64,000 nucleotides of DNA, taken from contig CM119386.1 of the NCBI GenBank assembly GCA_051294905.1, positions 13,578,001 to 13,642,000 of the forward strand, given 5' to 3'. Below the pieces are notes generated by a model. The model was not told where the DNA came from. It did no database searches and saw only the letters and a list, made by a program, of their open reading frames with translations. The stretch is from Botryllus schlosseri. Taxonomy: Eukaryota. Below are positions 38,513 to 49,500 of the stretch, piece by piece. The translations under genes were made by a program, and so were the position numbers. The stretch's first letter is position 1. Each line of letters opens with the position of its first letter.

Positions 38513-39559
38513 GGCGCTTCTTCGATAAACGCCCCAGATCGAAACAGTGTTTCACATGTAACCAGCAAGTGTTTCCCATGGACACGATCAAATTTTATAA
38601 ACGTCAAAATAAATTGTTTTTTGCCTGTGGAGAGACGGATATTATGGTTGGATGTGGTCAAAGTTGGGAGTTGGGGGAGATTATGGTTGGGGGTAGGTGT
38701 ATATTAGGGTTGTGTTAGGGCATTCCAGGATTAGAGCTGGGGAAGGGGATATTAGGGTTGGAGGCGGGTTAGGGTCAAAGTTGGTGTTAGCGTATCCCAA
38801 GATTAGGGTTAGGGATATCATGGTCGGGAGAGTGTGGAATATCGTGTCCCGCACTCCAAACCTATTCTTGGGTTACCCTTACCCTAACACAGCTCTAACC
38901 CCAACCCAGCTCTAACAACCCTAAACCCATCTTGGGATATATATCTCCCAACCCTAATATCCCACCTCCGGCAACCCTAATATCCCACCTCCGGCGACCC
39001 TAATATCCCACCTCCACCAACCCTAATATCCCACCTCCGGCAACCCTAATATCCCACCTCCGGCAACCCTAATATCCCACCTCCGGCGACCCTAATATCC
39101 CACCTCCACCAACCCTAATATCCCACCTCCGGCAACCCTAATATCCCCCCTCCCCAACCCTAATATCCCCCTCTCCTCCAACCCTAATATCCCCATTTCC
39201 TAACCCTAACACAGCTCTAACCCTAACCCAGCTCTAACCCTAACCCTAAACCCATCCCCTAACCCTAATATCCCCCTCCCCAACCCCAATATCCCCCTCT
39301 CCTCCAAACCTAATATCCCCCTTTCCCAACCCTAATATCCATCATTTCTCGAACCCTAATATCCCCCTCTACTCAACCCTAAAATCCTCCCTCCCCAATC
39401 CTAATATCCTCCTCTCCTCCAACCATAATATCCCCCTTGCACAACAAAGGCAAGAACAATTTATTTTGACGTTTATAAATTTTATTGTGTTCATGTGAAC
39501 CATTTGTTGGTGTCATGGGGAGCACTGTTTCGATCTGGGGCGTATATCGAAGAAGCGCC
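38513..39559. mobile_element. Foldback-like DNA transposon with long inverted arms and telomere-like internal repeats
   Basis: Termini GGCGCTTCTTCGATA/TATCGAAGAAGCGCC with a perfect 8-bp TSD AAAGAATC. The arms continue inward into TTAGGG-rich (left) and CCCTAA-rich (right) tracts. Confidence 0.85.
38951..39157. repeat. 23-bp minisatellite (ACCCTAATATCCCACCTCCGGCA) x9
   Basis: Units start every 23 bp. The variant order GGCA, GGCG, ACCA, GGCA repeats twice, giving a 92-bp higher-order unit. Confidence 0.9.
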
Positions 39560-40288
39560 AAAGAATCAGTATCCATTCACGCCAGGCGCGGAAATATTTC
39601 AAAGTTAATGAATGAATCTGGTCAAAATAATATCGGTACTTTCATATATTACAAGTGTTGCGGGCGACATTTGTACCGCGGAGATCAGTTGCAATGACAC
39701 GGGTATTCGGCGTCTGTGTAGTGCTGAGCACTTCGACAAATTCTCTGGTCCGACTCCGATCCTGCTTTTCAATTCTCTGGTCCGGGTCCGATCCGGGTCC
39801 GGCCCTATCAGGAAAAGTACTGATCCGGCTCCGATCCGATTCCGATTCTACTACATGCTTCATATGCTTCATAGACGCGATTAGGCAGTCACGCAGCGAA
39901 CGAATTTTAGATAGTTGTGAGCCGATGTTATGAAGGAAATGTGTCTAAGTTTCGTTCTCTGCGTGACTGCCTTATCGCGTCGAGCAAGTGCGACGATGAA
40001 GACATCGTGCCATGTAACGGGTTAAGCAGCCGCGGCAGCTGGTCTTGTAGAAATTTCAATAAATTGCAGCTCCATTACGGTGGCGTTCTGAAGGAAATAG
40101 CTGCGGTCAAAAATTTTTGTTCGTTTTTACCTTCAATTTGAGACCACATCATTTTTAGAGCGCAGTGCCCCTTTAAAATATCATTGCATATCGTTGCAAT
40201 TAAGCTACTCGTGTCAGGACTTCTTGAAAAGGCACATAAAAAGCAAAACTGAATAGATAATTTGGGTATGCCGGAATGCCAAGTAGAC

Positions 40289-41798
40289 CAGAGATGAGTA
40301 TGGTTTAGGACAGCGGTTCTCAACCGGGGGTCCGCGGACCCCTAGGGGTCCGCGAAGCAATTTTAGGGGGTCCGCGAGACCTCTAAATTTTTGAAATGGT
40401 TAATAACCTAATTTTTATTATATTTTTTTTAATTTGAGAAAGCATGAGGCAGTTTCACACCACAACTGCTAAATTCTCATGACTCATATCATCATAATAA
40501 TCGTCTGACATGGACTATCGTAGTGTGGAACTCATTTTCATTGCCAGTTTTCCAATAACCTGCTGATACAAACATATTGCTGTTTAGAAACGTTTTGTAA
40601 GAGTTTGTGGAAAAAATAAAAATATGGGGATAATAACGTCAATCAGGGTGACTTCGTAATGTATGCGAAACCTTTTCGATTTGAAGTTGTCAGTCTCACC
40701 AAATTAGTGAACAGTCGTTTGAAATACAAATTTCCGAAGTATTTCCATAATTTGTCCCAATGCAGGGAACAGCTTCTTGGAGATACAGAACTTTAATATA
40801 CAATTGAATGGTATTGAAATGAACCCGAATATTTTCGGCTGACACTAGTCATAAATCGGACAATGATATACCTGCTCTTAAAATGCAGTCGCGTGCCGAA
40901 TCCGGCCAGCGGTCCGTATGTTGCCCGTCCCTGCGCTAGATGCTGGACGTGATATGTTCATAAAATATGTGTTTCTTCATTTTGGTGCCATAAATGTTAC
41001 GATCACAACAAAAGTATCGTCGGAAGCGTTATGTGTTAATATTGCATTAGCCTCCATCTATCTTTGCGGAAATGGTTTTCGGCACTCCTCGTTCATATCA
41101 AAACGAAGACGCGGATTTTCAAGACACGACGACGTACATCAAGAAATACAGCAGCAAAATTAGCTTTAAAATAATAAAAGTCCACCAATTTCTACATAAA
41201 TAGTATGATGTTATCATCAAGAAAAATCAATATTTTGCTGTTTATCACAAGCCTACAGTTCATATTTGCACGTGACAGATGAAGGTTGAACCATAATAGA
41301 GCTAAAATTGAACTAAAACTTGAGGGGGTCCGCGAGGGTCCGTGACGGTCAAAAGGGGTCCGCGAAGCCAAAAAGGTTGAGAACCACTGGTTTAGGATTA
41401 GGTTTTGAAAAAACAGGATTTGTGAAATTTTGTCGGATTTGGATTGAATTTGGATAAGACATTTTTTTCAGAATGGATTAGGATTTGGATTGGATTTACC
41501 TATTTTCTGGTAGACTGAAATGTCGTGTGGCGAATGGCGACAAACTTTTACAGATCAGTTATTAATGTACTTATGGTTACTAGGTTATCTTGAATCAAGT
41601 GAATCGTTGGTTGTGAAAGAAAGTTTTCGAATCCCTCCATTGCATAAATTTATTTTTCTGAATTTCCAGTTGGAATCGGATTAGGATTGGACATGGACTT
41701 GAATATGAAAAAGTTATGAATTAGGATTTGGATTTGGATTTGAAGATTCGGATTTGGATTGGACTAGGACATCGAAATTTCAAATCCGCTCATCTCTG
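40289..41798. mobile_element. hAT-type MITE (CAGAGATGAG family, GGATTT repeats), host of a nested element
   Basis: TIRs CAGAGATGAG/CTCATCTCTG, TSD AAGTAGAC/AAGCAGAC. A partial relative starts at 22841. Confidence 0.82.
40311..41389. mobile_element. hAT (Buster-like) MITE nested in 40289-41798
   Basis: TIRs CAGCGGTTCTCAACC/GGTTGAGAACCACTG with a perfect TSD GTTTAGGA and GGGGTCCGCG subterminal repeats. It contains a PLE-tail fragment (~40770-40851) and a CAGGGGCGGGCAAC-family end (~40933). Confidence 0.88.
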
Positions 41799-41820
41799 AA
41801 GCAGACCTATATTATATGAT

Positions 41821-42649
41821 TAGGGCGATTTTTATTGACATGTCAAAAACAGTCAAAATTTTGTCAAAATTGTAGCGTTGGTCGAAAAAATGTCAAAATT
41901 CTTTACAAAGTCAAAAAAATTTGCAACCAGCGTTTCGTTTGTATCGTGGGTTTTTCACTGTCGGTGAACTTATCATTTGACATTTTACAGCTTGTAGCCT
42001 ACTTTGTAGGCCTACCGTTGTAGACGGCCCATTGTCTCCTCATTGTGAATTATAAACTTTCAAATAAGCAAATAAATTGACATGGAGTTATGCTCAACGT
42101 ACCGCAATGTCCAAACTGAACCACGACTGCGTGGGCATTTCATGGTTCTTTTATCAAGAAGCGCATGATGAAAAACTGTGATGTAGACACCATGGTCAGA
42201 ATGAAGCAACACGGTGTGTCAACAGCAGTGTACTCACAACTTCAGTGTTGTCAGCCAACAACTGCTACTGTTGAACGTTCTTTCTCCATTCTTGGCAAGC
42301 TACTTAATAAGGACAGGCACTTTCTACCCGAGAATGTAGGAAAGTATCTTTCATTGTACTACAACAAATTTTAATTATTTCTACCATACGTAATGTAGGT
42401 GAACTACTGAAATTCTTCATAGCTCCAGATTTCGTTATAATAAAGTTTTTTCATGTAAAATATTGTGAGTTTTTGAGTCAAAAAAGTTTTTTCAGGCCAA
42501 ACTACTTCGTAAAGACAGACAGTTCCAACTAGAAATGAATATAGGTAGCCTAGTACAATTCTAACATCATGTGGGAAAACACCTAATTTGCATACGTTAG
42601 GTCAAATTTTGGTAAAAACTTTGATTTTTAGGTCAAAACAATTGCCCTA
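41821..42649 (+). mobile_element. hAT deletion derivative with dimerization-motif remnant
   Basis: Ends TAGGGCGATT and ATTGCCCTA with a perfect TSD TATATGAT. It encodes TATVERSFSILGKLLNKDRHFLPENVGKYLSLYYNKF*. Confidence 0.88.
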
Positions 42650-43513
42650 TATATGATACATGATACATGCGACCGTAGTTCGATATACTGTGTCGATGAT
42701 TGAGCTATAGACTATAGAGACTACAGCCTCTATAATTGAGCTATGCTGAGACTGTAGTTGCAGTGTTCTTACAATGATGACTGACGCCATAGTTAGTCAA
42801 GTATCAGCGAATGCCCATTTTAGGCGTTGTTGATGAGAATGTCCTTTTCTCCTAACACGTCACTGTTGTTGCCGTCTGAGAAAGGGCCAGGTGAGGCTCA
42901 TAAATCGTTGATTTGATATCACATTTTGAAGATTACGGTATTCTAGCTGTTTTACCTATGATATTATATGACCAAGAATAGGATCTTGCAGAGCCTAGAA
43001 TTTATTCCTCTTTCGACGAGATCTGAAAACTTATTGAGATTCGATTCCCGAATATTCAATTAATTGATGTTGAGATTGGAAATATGATGCTATGTCCATT
43101 ATTATTAGGCCAGGATAACCCGATAAATTGTTGTTCGGCACTCCTTTTGATATCATTACACTGTGAAAATAGCGTAATCTTACATCATCTGCATTATTCG
43201 AAATGGCAGCCTCGAAAGAGAGTCAACCTGGTGCTCGAAATCAGAGACACCGCTAGAGGGGATGAAATTTTCTGTTTAGAAATACTGAGCTTCTTTGATA
43301 GAATTGGTTGCGCCCACTCGTAAATTATTTTATTCCGTATTTAGATATCTGATCTGACTGAGATTATCTTATCGTCAGTTTTACGTGAGTCTCCACCGCT
43401 TAGGTTTGGAGATTTGTACCCTGTTCTCTGTTATTATTTAATATTATCACCAACCCTTACGAACAGAGAACGAATATACTATACAGCCGTGAGTTTCGTT
43501 AGTCGGCCTAAAC

Positions 43514-46500
43514 ATGAGCTCAATTTCATCAAGCTCCGCTGGGGCTACCCAGAGATGGAATCAAAAGAACTTGGAAATATTAACTTTATCCGTCGAAAAG
43601 ACTCTGGAGCCCCTTGTTATTCAAGTAACGACACTGGTCAACACGAAAGGACCATCCAACAAGAAAAAGGGAAAAAGCAGGAGCCCAAAGGTAATTTCAT
43701 CTTACAATTTATTCCTATTGTTAGTTTAATTGTTTTCATGAGCGCAAAATCAAATACAGCCAAGTGATTCGCTTCTGAATCGAGTCTTGTCTCGTGACTA
43801 CAAATAATACAAGACCAGTTCTACATCACATTGAAGATAATCTTTTGATGACCTATTTGAGTATTTCGTTGATATTTGTAACATTGCTGTGGTGGTGTGG
43901 CCTGGCCTTCAGAGATGTGTAAGCTCCCCTGTATGGAATCGGTGTTTTTTTATCATTTTTTATTGAATTGCTTTAACCTGAAGAATCATCGCTGCTCAGT
44001 GCTCACATGTTATGTTAGGCAAAACGTACCGAGATTCCAGTAGGGTAAGCTCCACTAATGTCAGTATAGCTTATATGCTGGGGAACATATATGTTTTCTA
44101 TGTTACGATACGACCAATCAAGGCTTGACCAGTGGAAGATAGCACCAAAACTAATTCTCGTTGATCAATTAACTCATAGCGGCATGGTGAGTATGAGGTC
44201 TATAATTTCAGTACTTGGAAAAAATCATATCTCACTATTCGACCCGAATCCTTGTGAGTGACCCAGCCTTGATTGTTTTCTACAAATTTAAACACATTCA
44301 ATATTGATGTTCCTTACTTGTTTGTGGTTATAAACCCTCCACACTACATGATTTCTTCATTACAGAACATAGGCTACATTCGTTTTACAAGTGAATAGTA
44401 TATCTATATAAACCCTCGGGAATATTTTGGCTGACCTGACACTCGTCAGCGGTAATCGTCAGCAACCAGTACAGAATTGGAAGACATTGTTGATATACGA
44501 CGTTCTCTTCAATTCCACTAGTTAGGTTTATTTCAATATGAATATACTATTCACTTGGATGTTGTAGTTCTGCATCTGCAACGTAGCTTACGTATTCATG
44601 ATTTTGTATATTTCAGGTTTTAGTTGGTGCCGTCGAGAAAGCCACAGCGGCATTTGTCGCGAAAGGTACCGAGATAGCTAAAGAGAGCACTGAACTCCGC
44701 AAAGAAATGCTGGAAGCCGTTGACAAAACTCGCACTGATGGCGAAAACATGTCACACACTGCCCACGAATTCGCGGACGACCCGTGCTCGTCAATCAAGG
44801 TATTTCATGTCGTTTCATTCCAAACTGTACGGCTACTGTGGATAATCATATACCGTACGTCAGACTTGGACAACTAGAAATGTTTCAGCTTTTCCGAATT
44901 AAATTAGAATTAGATTAAAATTATAGCTACACAGTTTATTCCAAGTTGATTAGAATTATAGCTATGCAGTTTTTTCCAAATTAGATTGGAATTAGAATTG
45001 CTGAATTCGTGAAAAATTGGATATTGAACAGAAGCATGAGAATAGCTAATATCTGTTCAGCACGCACAGCTCGTTTCGCACTCTTCATCTCTCCTGTAGC
45101 ATTTTCAGGAAAAGCAGAGGTTAGATTAGAATTAAAATTATAACATAGAAATATGTGACAGATTAGGTAACAATTAGAGCAAATGAACATTTCACAAATT
45201 AGATTAGAATTAGAATACCTGTATTTTGATCTGTTTAGACAACTCGAACTATCCCAGTTTTCAATTCTGATGAGTACGTAATATTCATTACAGAGGGGAA
45301 GTATGGTGCGCGCTGCCCGGGCCCTTCTGTCTTCCGTCACCAGATTGCTGACACTCGCTGACTTGTCAGACGTGTACAATCTCTTGAAACATTTGCGTAT
45401 CACCCAGAAAAGTATGGCGAAAGTGAAAGACTCTCGCAGTCAAGATGAGCTTCTGAGAAACTTCAAGGTGAGAACTATTTTTTTGGCAAAATGTTTCAGC
45501 ATTTATTCTTGACGAGTCGATACAAAGTGGTGATGTAAAATCATTAAATCGCTACCAAGACTCTTCAAAATCTTTGAATTTCAAGTCTGGTATCATACGT
45601 TGTAGCGTAGCAATAATCACATATGATTGGAAATTGTAATAAAGCAGTGTGTATTCTGAAATCAATCGTTGAAATCGGTGTCGTATTATTTAATTTCTTT
45701 CATGATAGTACTGTGGTCTACTATGAGATCGAGACTTACGTGCCAAAGCTTTTCATGCAATCCATTACAGGCTCTTGGCAATGTCTTGATATCTACTTCT
45801 GCTTAATAGGGAGTCTGTCACTCCAAATCTCACACTTTTCGCCAATTAATGACTCTTCAAACTCCCTCAGATTCAAAACTATGACTCCAATTTATTAGTC
45901 ATTCCATTTGGAATTAGCCACTCCCGAATTCCAATATATTACAAACTTTCAAGAGAATAGATACTTTCAAGGAGGCTTATAAATAACAAATTATAGATAC
46001 AATCGCTTCATTACTGTGTACTTTATACTACTGGCATTGCAGGAGGTCCCCGACTGCCCATGTTTGTGCAATCTATCATTTAACATGAAGTCTGTTTAGG
46101 AATTTGGCCGGGACTTGGCAGAGCTGAACCACGCCACTGCATGCAGGCAGAATGATCTTAAAGATCAAAGGAGGAGGGAAGATCTCGCTGCCGCCCGTGG
46201 CGAAATAAAGAAGAACAGCATGATGCTGTACACTTCCTCTCAGGTTTGTAGAAAAGAAGAAGGTATGATTGCTCCTGTACAAAATTTTGAAGGATTCCCA
46301 AATCTTTTCTAGGCGTATCTACATCACCCTGAGGTGGCTGCGGCCAAAGCAAACCGGGACTATGTCTTCAGGCGTGTTGAGGAAGCTCTCGGCCGCATCT
46401 CGGACACTGTACAGGTATGGATATATTAATAAAACTCCTTATGTGTAATGATTTGAACCATACAGCGTATTTTTGCACAAATCGTCTTATGTGTCCCGTT

Positions 46501-49500
46501 GAAATCATTTTACCACTTATGACCAGAGGTGATCGAGTAGTCCTCGTTGGTACTCGAGTAGAAGCAGAAGTTTCTTTACTGATGCGCAACATTCTTTATC
46601 ACAGGCTACTGGCGAGTCTCACCCGAGGCCCGAGGAGGGCACCGGAGAGTTGGCGTACGCTCTGGATCAATTCTTGGATAAGATCGACATGGAGCCGCTC
46701 GACTTTGATGAATCGCGTCACAGGCCCTCGCTGGAGGAAAGGCTCGAGAGCATCATCAGGTGAGAGACTTTGCGTTTCTGGTAGAAGTAATTTTCGGCAT
46801 GTTTACTTGGTCGTTTTAGTGGCGCCGCGCTGATGGCGGACTCGTCCTGCACCAGAGACGATAGGAGAGAGAGAATCGTGGCGGAATGTAATGCTGTCCG
46901 TCAAGCTCTGCAGGTAAGGGCAAACGGTCTAGGATTTTCTTGTTCTCTTGCGGAGATGGCATGGATTTTGGTTTGCCCAGCTAGTTCAGAATTGATGGCA
47001 ACTTACTTACCTAGGTGTTACCAGAAATGGAACTGTTTTTTTAAGGGAAGTCAATAGGGCTAAGGTTTTTGACTTGGATTTGACCACCTCTGTTTTTTTT
47101 ATCGCAGGACCTTCTTCAAGAATACATCAACAATTCTGGCAAGGAAATGCGTACCGAGGACCTGGAGAAGGCCATCGACCACATGGTGCAGAAGACCAAG
47201 GACCTACGCCGTCAGCTGCGTAAGGCGGTCGTGGACCACGTGTCGGATTCGTTCCTGGCCAGCAACGTGCCGCTGCTGGTGCTGATCGAAGCGGCCAAAA
47301 ACGGCGACGAGAGACAGGTCAAGGAGTACGCCCAGGTAGGGAGAAACGGCCTGTTGGCTGACAGGTGGCAATGATGTACTAAGGCTCTTCAAATTTTTTT
47401 TTTTGATTAGACACGCGACCCTGTGAAATTATCAGTTCAACTAAGAAACGCTGCAATACAAATAAGGCTCAACTACAACCAGTAGAAGCAAGTTCATTAG
47501 AGTAAAAAATTTTTGATTTGAAAAATTAACTTTATTTCATATTTCTCGGAGGACCCCATGAAATTGTTAGGTTGACCTAACTAACAAAACTCTTGAAACC
47601 GGATTTGGTTCAATCCCAACCCGTAAAAAGCGACGTTGTTAGATATACTATTTAGTTACATGCTAAAATTGTCGCTCAGTATGTGCAAACGAGCAGAATC
47701 TGTTGCCAGCTCTATTTGATTTCCACAGGTCTTCAGGGAGCACGCCGGTAAGCTGGTGGAGGTCGCCAACTTGGCTTGCTCGATGTCCAGCAACGAGGAA
47801 GGCGTCAAAATGGTGCGACTGGCCGCAAAGCAGATCGACACTCTGTGCCCGCAGGTATGTGCGTGTCGAATTTGGCAACTTTCAATTTTGGCGGTTTTGA
47901 ATCATTTTTGAGTCATATTCTGTTGATATCATATCTCTGGATATGACAGGTCGAAGTTTGTAGGAAAATTGATCTCTCTTAATTGTGTGGGAAAGTTATG
48001 GTTTCTCGTGTTCCGTGTTTTGTTTTTACTGTTGTGAAAAAACGCTTGGGACTTTACAGTCTTTCACGTTCTCTTCCTCTCCTAACCCTTATCTGGTTCA
48101 TTAAAAGGTTATCAACGCAGCGCTGACGTTGGCCGCGCGTCCAGAAAGTAAGGTCTCGCAAGACAATATGGACGTCTTCAAGAAGGCTTGGGAAACTCAG
48201 GTCAGTGGACAGGAACATGTAGTCGGTCCGGCAGGGCAAAACGGAGTACCCAAGTGGTTCGAGTCCTGATGGAGTATTAGGCTGGAATTGACTGTTCGTG
48301 TATCGCTCAAGGTGACCTCAGAACAATATGCATGATTTCAAAAGTGTAAATATGAACCCGAAACTCGTCAGGGGTAATTGTCAGTAACTAGTAGAGAATT
48401 GCAAAGAACATTGTATGATCTCAACAATTGTATCACAAATGATGTCGTTCACAATTCCATTTATGTGCCTTGGAGTCGTCTTTTATCAAAATAAGCTAAC
48501 CCAAACTCTTATAACAAAAGGAGTTTGTGTACCACCTGAAACTAGTACATGAACGCTCTCTCATTCGAAATTTGATGCTGGTGACGTCATATTTTGTGAT
48601 ACGATTGTTGATATACAATGTTCTTTCCAATTCTCTGCTAGTTGCTGACGATTACCCCAGACGAGTGTCAGCCGAAATATTCGGGCATATTTCAATATGA
48701 ATAAACTATTCAATTGTATATTGAAGTTCTGTACCTCCAAGAAGCTCTTCAAAAGTGTAAATGTGAAGATTTTATTCGACTCAACTTAGATTGATGCCAG
48801 TTATACTTAGTAATTTGGTATTATTGGGCCCATACCCACTTGGGCAAAAAGTGTCGACGTTTTTTTAGTTTTTGACTGTTCTTAATTTTCGACCTGTGTC
48901 AATGGCAACTTCGCAATTTATAACTGGATTTGGATTTGAGAACTCCAATTGTCGGGCCAAGCCCTAGTAGTCCAATAGCATCGTCAAAATAAGTAGTACA
49001 ATATCTGGCACCGAAGTAGTACGATTGTTGAAGTTGTTTGGCGCTACTAGGTTGGCATCCTGACCGAGGCTGTCGACGACATCACGACTATCGAAGACTT
49101 CCTCGCCGTGTCGGAAGCTCACATCTTGGAAGACGTCACCAGCTGCGTGATGGCGCTGCAGCAGAACGACTACGAGACTCTGGATCGCAAGGGCGGCGAC
49201 ATCAGAGGGAGATGCGCTCGAATTTGTCAAGTAGGGACTCTAGACACGGTGCGCTTTCGGAACGGGCTCGTAACTAAATGTAACTATTGAAGGTCGTCAA
49301 CGACGAGATGGATCACTACGAGCCGGACTACAGCATCAATAGGGTATTGGAAACCTGTCAGGCTTTGCAGGAAAAGGTGATTTGATTTTACGTCGAGTTG
49401 CTAAGCTGGCTTTTATGTGTCGTTATTTGTGGTATTGATGGTGTTTTCGACTGCAATGGTCGTTATACCAGGCTGATATTCTGTAGTACGGTTCAGTAGC

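Noticed and set aside
38640-39440. Head-to-head TTAGGG/CCCTAA tracts resembling a telomere-fusion scar
   Set aside because: The tracts are enclosed by unique inverted termini and an exact 8-bp TSD, and pure hexamer runs are at most two units. A transposon explains this better.
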